64,000 nucleotides of DNA from Lama guanicoe (taxonomy: Eukaryota). A program made the position numbers and the translations under genes. Within the stretch, counting starts at the first letter, position 1; each line of letters begins with the position of its first letter. The stretch covers positions 2,366,508-2,430,507 of the forward strand of contig MU053588.1 of assembly GCA_013239625.1 (NCBI GenBank). Direction: 5' to 3'. Positions 1-10,461 of the stretch are shown in pieces. The notes beneath the pieces were generated by a model that searched no databases, had not been told where the DNA came from, and was given only the letters and a program-made list of their open reading frames with translations.

Positions 1-339
1 ATCTAGTAGGAACTGACATGTTGCTCACATAACGGCTTGATGTGAGTGTCCAGCAGAAGCCTGTCCCGCACTGATTGGGAGCCACTGTCCTTCCATCATC
101 AACCCTGGGAGTCATTTGCTGGACCTTCTGCATCCAACTGCAGAGGAGAAGAGAGCAGGAGGATCACATGGGAGGTTTTAGGGACTAAACCTGCGCTCAC
201 GTTCTATTGGCCCAGTGGCCCCAACCTGTCTGCCTGGGAGGCTGGGAAATGTAGCCTGGCATGTGTCCAAGAAGACAAGGACCTGGAGAGTGGTGGATGC
301 GTAGCACTGTGTCTGTGACTGTGGGGCCTTGGGCCTGCA

Positions 340-960
340 TTCATTTACTCAGCAAATATGTATTGATGACTACTGTATGCCAGAAGGTGAGCCCCTGCCC
401 TGATGCAGCTTACATTCTGAGAGAGGAGACAGGCAACAGTTAAGTAAATAAACAAACACTTAATATTATTTCGATAGTCGTAGTGCTCTGAAGAAAAATA
501 AAGCAAGATAAGGGGACCTGAGTGAAGGATGGTGAGTTGGGTAAAGTTTTAGGGGGAAGAGTCTTCCAGGTGGAGGGATCAGCAAGTGCAAAGGCCCTGA
601 GGTGGGTTGCAGTTAGACATGTTTGAGGAAAAGCTGGACAAGCATTGTAGCTGGATGGAGTGAGTGGTAGGGGAGAGTGGAGACTGGTAGGAAGTGAGGC
701 TAGAAGAGAAATAGGGCATGGTGAGGAGTTTGCCTTTCCTTGGATTGAGATGGTAGTCATGGGATTGCGTAGAGCAAGGGAGCAATGTAATATAATGTAC
801 ATTTGAGAACGATCACTCCAGGTGCCTAGTGGGTAACGGACTGTGGACAGCCAGGTGGAAGCAGGTAGACCAGTCAGGAGACTGCTAACATAATCCAGGT
901 GAGAGGTGATATTGTCTTGGCCCAGGGTCGTGGTTGAAGAGATGGCAAGAAATGATTGGC
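340..960. mobile_element. LINE-2-like fragment
   Basis: CATTCATTTACTCAGCAAATATGTATTGA and AAGTGCAAAGGCCCTGAGGT, hallmarks of L2. Similar fragments at about 16690-17410, 41770-42300, 44240-45220, 52490-53020 and 56440-56830. Confidence 0.6.
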
Positions 961-1487
961 TTTAGGAATTGAAAAAATCTTATTATGAAAATTTCAAAAA
1001 TATACAGAAGTAGCAACAACAGTATAATGAACCCACATGTGTAGAGTGAACACTGGGCTTGGACAACCATCAACATTTGGCCAATCCTGCTTCATCCATA
1101 CGCTCCCCTTCCCCATCCCATCCACCCTTTGCTGAGTTATTTTAAAACAAATCTATGATTTTATATCATTTCAGAGTATGTTTTGCAGTTATAAATGTCC
1201 AGTCTTGAGTGACTGATTAGCTTCAGGGGCTGAGGGGGAAAAAGAAGAGTCACGGATGAATGATGGGTGAATTTACTGAGTTGGAGAATTTTGGGGAGGG
1301 TACGTTTGGGAGATAGGGGAGAATCAGGGAGATTGTTCTAGGCATATGAAGTCTTAAGTAGGAATCATCACAATGTGGGACCATCAGAAATGCATTTGGA
1401 CATATTAAGTCTTATAAAGCTCTACTTGTTGACTGGTTGAACCCTCAGAAATTTGAGATTTGTTTTGCACAGATAATAGCTTAGAAT

Positions 1488-1819
1488 GATGCTGTCCAAT
1501 AGTTACACAATGCAAGCCACCAGTGTGAGCCATGTATATAATTGAAGATTTTTCTTGTAACCACATTAAAAAAAAGTAAAGAGAAGCAAATGAAAATTAA
1601 TTTTAGTAATTAATTGTATTTAACCCAGTGTACCCAAAATACTATTACTTCAACATATAGGCATATGAAAATTATTGAGATATCTTACCTTCGTTTTTAT
1701 ACTCAGTCTTCAAAATATGGTGTTTAGTTTACACTTGAACACATCTCAAGTCAGACTAGCCACATTTCAAGGGTTTGACTGCCATACATATCTAGTGGCT
1801 ACCATATGGGACAGCACAG
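1488..1819. mobile_element. hAT-Charlie DNA transposon fossil (MER33-like)
   Basis: Terminal inverted ends GCTGTCCAATAG...GGACAGCAC, about 330 bp, internal CTAGCCACATTTCAAG as in the recalled MER33 consensus. Confidence 0.7.
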
Positions 1820-1870
1820 ACTGAGAAGTTTAGAATCATTGGCTAGTGGAAACTTAAGAAGTATACCTTT

Positions 1871-1966
1871 GCCACAGGTGAGTACGGCTCAGTGGTAGAG
1901 CACATGCTTAGCATGCACGAGGTCCTGGGTTCAATTCCTAGCACCTCCATTAAAAAAGAAAGAAAG
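1871..1966 (+). mobile_element. tRNA-derived SINE (camelid Vic-1-like)
   Basis: A box GCTCAGTGGTAGAGC, B box GGTTCAATTCC, A-rich tail, 15-bp TSD AAGAAGTATA(C/G)CTTT at 1856-1870 and 1967-1981. Confidence 0.85.
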
Positions 1967-2239
1967 AAGAAGTATAGCTTTAAAAAATGAGAAAAATTGG
2001 ATCTTGAAATTCTAGGTTAGAATCACAGAAGTGTGACATTTTAGCACTTGGGGAAAAGTTGGAGTCATTGAATCAGAGTGAAGAACCTTGGCCCCTCAGA
2101 ACTTGGTCATGGGAGGTGGGTGTCCTGAGATGGTGTGGAATCCCAGCCTCAGGGATTTGGGCTTATCAGGACCTGCATATATGGGGCGAATCTAGGGAGG
2201 CTTCCCGTGGCTCAGACCCCTACCCACCACCCACCATAG

Positions 2240-2808
2240 GGACGTGTCGTCGGTGGAGGTGCTCATGAACTACCATCAGGGCCTGAAGACCGAGCTGGAG
2301 GCACGGGTGCCCGAGCTGACGGCCTGCCAGGAGCTGGGGCGCAATCTGCTGCTCAACAAGAGTGCCATGGCTGATGAGGTGGGGAGGGTGCAGGGGTCCT
2401 CCTCTGCCACCTGTGCCTATTGGGGTGGGAGCCACCCCTGATGCCTCTCCCACCCACCTGCCACTCCCAGATCCAGGCACAGCTGGACAAGCTGGGAACC
2501 AGGAAGGAGGAGGTGTCGGACAAGTGGGACCGCCATTGGGAGTGGCTGCAGCAGAGTGAGTGGGGGCCCAGACATGCGGCTCAGAAGCACAGGGACATGC
2601 TCCAGCATGTTCAGAAGAGCCCAGAGGGTGACTCAGTCATGCTTTGCACACCCCATGGCTGCCCAGCAGCAAACATAAAGGCCTGGGAGGGTGGGCAGGG
2701 TGCTGCCCTATCATTGACTCCCTGGTGAAAAGCCAGTGCCCTCAGAAATAGCCCCAGCTGCTCTCATTCCTGCTGAGCCCAGAGTGGTCCGGGCTGGGAT
2801 GGAGGAAG

Positions 2809-2853
<45 letters not shown>

Positions 2854-5800
2854 TACAGCCAGTGAAAACAGCCACTGCCACTATGAAAGGTCCACAGGTG
2901 CCCCTAACATCCTTACCCCCAAACGTCTCTCCATAGTGCTGGAAGTGCACCAGTTTGCCCAGGAGGCGGTGGTGGCCGATGCCTGGCTGACCGCTCAGGA
3001 GCCACTCCTGCAGAGTGGGGAGCTGGGCAGCAGCGTGGACGAGGTGGAGCAGCTTATCAGGCGACATGAGGCCTTCCGTAAAGCAGCTGCAGCCTGGGAA
3101 GAAAGGTTCAGCTCTCTGCGGCGCCTGACCACGGTCAGCACACCCCAGATCCTGCCCTAGGCCCCTCCCGTGGCACCACACCCATCTCTCTATATAAGAC
3201 AAACACACAGGCTCAGCACTGTGTTGAGTGAGGGCCAAGCCAGTCAGTCACTGGGCTCCCAGTGCAGTGTGGTGGGGGGACAGATCTGTCACCAGACAAT
3301 GTAGCCCAGGACTGGGATGGGGGGAAGCACAGGGGGCCATGGGAGCCCAGAAGCATTTGTTCTGGCCTAGGGGAGTCTGATCTGAGACTTGAAGAGTGAA
3401 GAGAAGGAATCATTTTAATAAAAGTCTTAAGGTCTTGAAGGAAGGAGGCAATTGGGGGCCAGAGGAGAGAAAGGCACATAAAGTGATGATTTAGCCAGTT
3501 CTTAAAAGAACACTAAGTGTTTGCTGGAGAAAGTAGGAATTCAGCTCCTGGCAGAGAGCTAAGCAGGGATACTGGCCTGGACAACCTTGCTTTTTCACTG
3601 ATAAGAGCTAATAAATGGGGTGGTGAGGCAGACGACCCAGAGCCACCTTCCCAGGCCCTACCCCCGGCCCCCGACCCCCACCCCGCCCCTCCACCTGAGC
3701 CTGGCTTCTCTGTCCTCAGATTGAGAAAATCAAGGCTGAACAGAGCAAACAGCCGCCCACCCCCTTGCTGGGGCGCAAGTTCTTTGGAGACCCTACAGAA
3801 CTGGCGGCCAAGGCTGCGCCCCTGCTGCGGCCAGGGGGCTATGAAAGGGGCTTGGAGCCCCTGGCCCGCCGGGCCTCGGACACGCTCTCCGCCGAGGTGC
3901 GGACCCGGGTGGGGTACGTGCGTCAGGAGCTCAAGCCGGAACGCCTCCAGCCGCGCATCGACCGGCTGCCGGAGGTCCCGGGGATAGTGGAGCCCACGGC
4001 CCTGCCGGCCGCAGCAGAGGACGCCGCGGAGACCCCCGGGGCCCCCGCATCAGCAGAGCAGGTCCGGCCGCGGCCAGAGCGCCAGGAGTCAGCTGATCGC
4101 GCAGAGGAGCTACCCAGGAGGCGGCGGCCCGAGCGTCTAGAATCGGCAGATCAATCCGAGGAGGCTGCGCGGAGGCGGCGGCCCGAGCGGCAGGAGTCAG
4201 CGGAGCACGAGGTTGCACACAGCCTTACCCTGGGCCGCTATGAGCAGATGGAGCGGCGGCGCGAGCGGCGGGAGCGGCGGTTGGAGCGGCAGGAGTCCAG
4301 CGAACAGGAGATGCCCACGAGAGGAGACCTGGCCAAGGGGTGAGGCCCCATGTGCCCAGGGGGTGGAGGAAGGGGGACACGGAGAGCTCCTGGAATCACA
4401 CAGGCCAGTGGAGAGGGTTTCCTGGCTCAGAACTGCCTAAGGAGGGAGATACATTCGTGATACCCATTTCACAGAGGTGTAAATGGAGGTTGAAAAAGGG
4501 TAGGAGTCCTGCCCATTATTCCACAGTGGCAGTGACCTCCTCCAGGTGCAGGTTCTCAGCTACTGAGTTCTGACCCCTGCACCAAATCCCCTGGGTGGCC
4601 CTGAGCAGGAATTTTGTCCTCTCTGCATCTCAGTTTCTTCATTGGGCTAATGGTGGAACCATCACCTGCCTGATTGGAGCTAAGATCCTTTATCACAATC
4701 TGTCTCAGCCTTATAAACTGGAGGCTGTAGTCATATCTATTTCATGGATGGGGCAACTGAGTCTCAGAGAGGGTAAGTCATTCAGCTTGGGTGAAGCAGG
4801 ACTGGAACCCAAGCCTTTCAGAATCCAGAGTTAACCAGTATATTGTGCAGATCACTTCAATCAGCTGTGTCCCCAGAGGAGGCCTTTGGTCAAATATGTT
4901 TCAGTGACAATGACTACCAGACCCTTTTCAAATTTTGTACATCTTGAACATGTGTCCACTCTGCTTGTGGTATGTGCTGGGGAGAGCAATGACTGAACCA
5001 GCTCCATCCCTGCATTCATGGGGCCCACAGTCTAGGGAGGGAAACAGACTTGTCACCAGATAATGTGACCCAGAATGATGGGGGCTGGGGATGAGGGAAG
5101 TCCAGGGAGCTTGACAGCTGGGGGTAGGGCGAGTGGGTGGAGAAAGGCAACAGTTTCTTCAAAGGCTTGAAGGCACCAGTTTGCATCTTGGCCTTTGTGG
5201 TGCTTAAGGGGAGAGAGATTCCACCCTCCATTCAGCAGACATGTGCCGAGCACCTGTGGTGTGTAAAGTAGACATCTGACACAGGCAGATGCAGAAGTGG
5301 ATAGGGACCTAGCATCTCAGGCTGAGGCTCCTCCAGCCAGCCAGGATGGTCTCTGGGAGAAGGCATCCCAGTTCCATTGGGTCTTTCTGCGCCTCCCCCC
5401 CCCCTCCAGGAAGGCCACCCTGGCTGACATTGTGGAGCAGCTGCAGGAGAAAGAGGCAGGCCCTGGGCTCTCTGTTGGGGTAAGTTGAGCCTTGGCATGG
5501 GTGGGGGTATGGGGGCCCCTCTCCTCCAAGCAGGAGTCAGGATCCCAGAAACACTGATGTCAAGCCCTGCCCCTCTCATCTGAACCCTGCAGAGACTCTC
5601 AGGGGATGGGAGAGGGCTCCCAGATGCCTCTGAAATTTTCTCCCTCAGAAAGTTGAGGCCACTAACCTAAGAGATTCCTAACCCCTTCCACCCACACACA
5701 AGTAGACTTCAGACTCTTCCCACATCTGTCCTAGATTCTTTCTCTAGCTCAGTGGCGGAGATCTCAAATTTCCTTACAGACAGCCACACACATATGAGGT

Positions 5801-8800
5801 GCCAGGTTCCTCCAACAGGCAGCTGGGACACCCACCAGCCTACACCCCCACCTCCATATGTCTAGCTCCCCTCCAAGATCGAGAGGGATTCCAAACCTAG
5901 GACCCATGCCCAAGACCTGGGGAGCCAACTGTTAGTTGGACCTCCAACCTTGAGGCCCTCACATACTCGCTTCCAAGACAGATGGCCCTGCAGACAAATG
6001 GGACCCCTAGACCCCTGAGTTCGCCCAGATGGCCCCCACACCCCACTATGGACAGCACCCCTCTTCCCCCTCCCTTCACACAGCCGTCGCTGCCTCAGCC
6101 TCGCGAGCTTCCCCCCGGTCGCCTGCCCAACGGGCTTGAGCCGCCCGAGCGGACACCTCGGCCGGACCGGCCGCGGGCGCGGGACCGGCCCAAGCCGCGA
6201 CGGCGGCCGCGGCCCCGAGAGGGTGGTGAGGGCGGGGGAAGCCGGCGCTCGCGCTCCGCCCCGGCCCAGGGCGGCTCCGCCCCCGCGCCTCCGCCACCGC
6301 CCACTCATACAGTGCAGCACGAGGGCTTCCTGCTGCGCAAGCGCGAGCTCGACGCTAACCGCAAGTCGTCCAACCGGTGAGCGTGTGGGCGGGGCTTTGG
6401 AAGGTGGGTCCCAAGCTCAGTGCCCAATGAATGAATAAGTGGGCCGGTGGAGGGGGGGTGGGGCTAAACTTTAGGGCATCCAACCCGTGGTTGGGTAGGC
6501 GGGGCCTGAAAAACGGAGCCTTAACTTCAAAGAATCAATCAATGAACCGGAGGAGCGGGGCCTAAGGTTAGTGTGTCCAATGGGTGAGCCGGTGGAGCTT
6601 ACATGGGGTCGGGACCTGAAGAAAATGTTACGAACGTGAATAAATTGCAACTCAATCTCACGGAAACCAACGCAGGAGTTAACTAGAGCTTATAGCAAAC
6701 TGGATGTGGGGTCTAGCTGGAGGGTTCTCATGACTCGTGAGGTGGAGCCTGGAGAGGTCCTTCAACCAATGAGTGGGGTGGGTCCATTCATTCAATTTTA
6801 AGTTGAGGGAGGGTCTGATAAGGGGCAGATCCCAAACTGAGGGCTAAGAGATAGGGAGCATGTCATATAGGTTTCCAAATGAGTATCTAACAGTGATGTA
6901 TCTACTCTTGGAGTCCGACTGCAGGTTGTCCAGCCTTTTTTGAATCTAGGGAGAGGTGGAGCCCAAAAGGGAAGTGTTGAGCAAACAGAATGAAATGGGG
7001 GGAACAGATTGAGGTTTTGCTTTTGGGGCCTGGAGGCAGTCTTTCCTCCTTGTGCTGAGACCAAGGTGAAAATAAATATGGGCACCTGGGTGTGGTTTGC
7101 TCGTGGGAGACTTCCTTCTCTGTTGGGGCTTTGGCTGAATGGGGAGACAAGAATTCCTCATTCCAGACAGGGTGACCAGTAAGCTAATAGATCTCCCTTT
7201 AGGGGATTCCGTGGTGGTTGGGGTGGGGGTTGGATGAATGGTGAGGAAAATGCCCAAGCAAAAGCTTGTGGCGGAGACAGCTTGAGGATAAGGAGGGGCA
7301 GCCCCAGCAGGGACCAGCTTGGGCAAAGACTTGGTACCGCGGGACTTAGACTCTCCCCCCAGCTCAGGAGCAGCCATAAGCAAGAACACTCCAGGCCCTA
7401 CTGGGGCAACGGCCTAGAAGGAGGAAGGCTCAGGTATAGTCAGCCCTTGAAAGGTATTGATGAAGAGTACCCAGGCAGAGCTGCGACTCTGCCTTGAGCC
7501 CCATCTCGTCACCCCAGGTCGTGGGTGAGCCTGTACTGCGTGCTCAGCAAGGGGGAGCTGGGCTTCTACAAGGACGCCAAGGGCCCAGCATCCGGGGGCA
7601 CACACGGCGGGGAGCCACTGCTCAGCCTGCACAAGGCCACCAGCGAGGTGGCTAGTGACTACAAGAAAAAGAAGCACGTCTTCAAGCTCCAGTGAGCCCC
7701 CACAATGGGCAAGAGGGAGGGTCCAAGACCCAGCTTCCCTCTCCCAGCAATACCCTGCTCCAGTGGGGGATAGTTGGTGGATGGGTGGGCTGGTCCCCTG
7801 CCCTAGAGCCCCCAAGTTCTGTGTCCTCTCCCACAGGACCCAGGATGGCAGTGAGTTTTTGCTCCAGGCTAAAGATGAGGTGAGATCTGTTCATTTCTGT
7901 CCTGTATTCAGACTTCAGGAACCACCTAGCTGGCTGGCTCCTGACCCAGGGACGGGGCTGTGAAGAGAGGAAGCACAGGCCAGAGTTACCAGGGCTGCAG
8001 TGGGAAAGCCAATGGGCAGTGAGAGCCCAATAGGAGTTCCTAATCCAGCTGGGGGGAGGTGGAAGATCAGGAGGGCTGCCTGGAGGCCCCAGGACAGAGT
8101 CCAGCCTCCTTGCCTTGGCTTCTGAGGTGAGACTGGAAAGTTAGGAGAGAGTTAGCTTAAAAAAAAAAAAGAACTGCAAGTTCAAAGATCCAGAGGTACA
8201 GAACTGCAAAGGGTTAACTCTGCTGGAGTTCAAGGAGGAAGTTTCCCAGGGGCTGGATCTCCAAGAGCACTGTGGGCCATTCAGGGGAGGTTGGAGTTTA
8301 TTCTCAGGGCACTAGGGAGACATGGCAGAGGCTCTTTGAGCAAGGGAGGGTTACAGTGAGGCAGAAGAAAGATCCCTTTAGCTACCATGTGCAGGGTAGA
8401 TTGGAGAGGGTAAGAGTGGAGGTGTGGAGCACAGGAGGTGACTAGGGCAGGGGCCCAATTGGGAGAACACAAGTCTGGGCCAGGGCAAGAGGAGGAGCAG
8501 ATGTGGAAGCAGTTTGAAGAGATGCTGAAAATAGTAACAAGAGGCTATGAAGTAGGCCTTTATGCTCTCCATGCCTCTTCAATTTATCTTCAAAATGGAG
8601 ATAACAATAGTTTTCCATCATAGGGTTAATATGAGAAATAAGTTGATATAGGAAGAGTCCTTACAGGGTCTGGAAAATGTCAGTGCTCTCTAAGTGTCTG
8701 CTGATTTTATTGTTTCTTGTTGTTTATCTCTATAGTGGGAGTTAGATATACTCCGATTGCATAGGGTTAAGTGAATTAATCCACAAAAGTGCTTAGAACA

Positions 8801-9149
8801 GAGCCTGGCACAAAATAAGTGCTATGTAACTACATCACCACCACCATCATCATCATTATCATCATCATCATTATCCTGTTTAATAGATGAGGAAACTGAA
8901 GTTCAGAGAGGATAGTCTGATTCCAGACTCATCTATTACTCAGTCTCCTCTCTTCCAAACACAGACTGTGTGCCCTGTTTCTCTCTCCAGGAGGAGATGA
9001 ATGGCTGGCTGGAGGCTGTGGCCACATCGGTTGGGGAACACGCGGAGATCGCCCGTTGGGGCCAGACGCTACCCACAACGTCGTCTACAGATGAGGGCAA
9101 CCCTAAGAGGGAAGCAGGAGAGCGCAGGGCCAGTGGGCGCCGGAAGTGA
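2240..9149 (+). CDS. SPTBN4: Spectrin beta chain, non-erythrocytic 4 (betaIV spectrin), 3' part; gene starts upstream of the window
   Basis: GT-AG exons with consistent phases: 2240-2378, 2471-2555, 2937-3133, 3720-4339, 5410-5479, 6084-6376, 7518-7691, 7837-7879, 8991-9149 (TGA). They encode the last spectrin repeats (DVSSVEVLMNYHQGLKTELEAR; LEVHQFAQEAVVADAWL), the betaIV-specific ERQES region and the PH domain (QHEGFLLRKRE...SWVSLYCVLSKGELGFYKD...EEMNGWLEAV). Confidence 0.97.
2811..2850. repeat. (GT)n microsatellite
   Basis: 20 perfect GT units. Confidence 0.98.
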
Positions 9150-10023
9150 CTTACTACCCCCAGGGCCTGACACCTCCCCGCTCCTCCTCTCCGCACTGTG
9201 GGCACAAAGACACTTTCTCTTCCGCAGGGGCGGGAGCCCCTAGTCCCACCAACACTGCGGACGCGCCATGGACGGGCACTGGAAAGGAGGGGATTTCTCC
9301 TGCACCCCAAGAAGTGCTGGGGGAATTGCTGCCCCTATAGCCATATCTCGGCCCCTTCCTGCTCGCCACCCCCACCCCAGGTGCTGGGGCTTCATTATTT
9401 TTATGCAATAACTGAGCTTGGGCGGGGGCCGGTAAGGGGCCAGTTGAGCGAAACTCCCTGCCCCGATGCCCAGATCCTGCCCCAAGAAGCTGGGGTGGTA
9501 GGGGCGATAATTCCCGACCCGCTCTCTGCCCTAGGGATGGGCATGGGGGGCGCTGGTGAGGTCCCCTGGACCATCCAGGGTGCTAGGGGGTGGGGAGGGG
9601 ACGCCCCCTCCCCGCCTTTACCTCACTTCCAATGCTGCCTTGATCTCTGTCTGGGAAGGGGGAGTGAAGGGGCCCTAGCCTCCGCACTCCGCCGTCTCAG
9701 AGCCATGCGGTTAATTCCTGACTTAGTTTATTTTTGCAAAATGTCGACCTCCTCCTCCCCCGCCCCGCATCCGCGAAGGCTTTTAAATGGGAGGGGCGTC
9801 AAAGCTCTAAATTGTCTTCCTCTCTCCTCCCCCCTCCAACTGTAAATGCCACTTCGTGAGGGGAGGGGCGAGGGGAAGCCCTCCCCCTGCATGCTTCTGG
9901 CTGGAGCACCTCCCTGGGGAGTAGGGGGACTGGGTTGTGGGCAGCCCCCATGGCCGCTTGGAGAAGCCGCTGGGGCCCAGGAGTGTGGGGGCGGTGTGGC
10001 GGGCGCACACTCTATGTACCTAT

Positions 10024-10029
10024 AATAAA
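10024..10029 (+). terminator. SPTBN4: SPTBN4 polyadenylation signal (AATAAA)
   Basis: AATAAA about 875 nt after the stop, with TGTA upstream and a GT/T-rich tract downstream. Confidence 0.8.
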
Positions 10030-10269
10030 TCCTTTGGCTTTGACGGTCTATGCTAGTTCGTGTTTAATGGGCTGCACCCGAGAGGGTTGGGTGGAGCGAG
10101 GGGAAGAAACTGAGTTGCGGAGAACAGTTTGATGTCCCTCTTGGTGTGGACTAATTTCAGGTCTAAACACGTGCCCCTGACGAAACACCTAGATGCCTTT
10201 CCAAAATCGGGAGCCCCAGGGGGATGGAGGAACGTTTTGCTATCCGTAGTACCTAAACTTCTCCCAAAG

Positions 10270-10461
10270 AGCCGCTGGGTCCGCCCCGTCCAGGACAGGA
10301 AAGGCGGGCCCCTTTAAGGAGGCGGAGAAATTAACTGCGATGGGTGAGCGCTTTGCCCAATCGCGGGTGGCTCTGGTAGTCTCCGGCCCAATGAGCACGC
10401 GGTGGGGGCGGGGCGTGCACACCCGGAAGCGGGTGCAGGCCGGCCGGCTAGCCGGGGGGCC
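10270..10461 (+). promoter_or_regulatory. SHKBP1: SHKBP1 CpG-island promoter and 5' UTR
   Basis: CCAAT at 10357-10361 and 10388-10392, GC box GGGGCGGGGC near 10405, ETS-like CCGGAAG at 10423-10429, strong Kozak GGCCATGG at ATG 10462. Confidence 0.8.

Noticed and set aside
1871..1966. Possible tRNA genes here and at the other A/B-box copies
   Set aside because: A-rich tails, target-site duplications and divergence between copies identify them as SINEs.
9198..9845. 215-aa + strand ORF
   Set aside because: Lies in the GC-rich SPTBN4 3' UTR, starts at GTG and has no recognisable domain.
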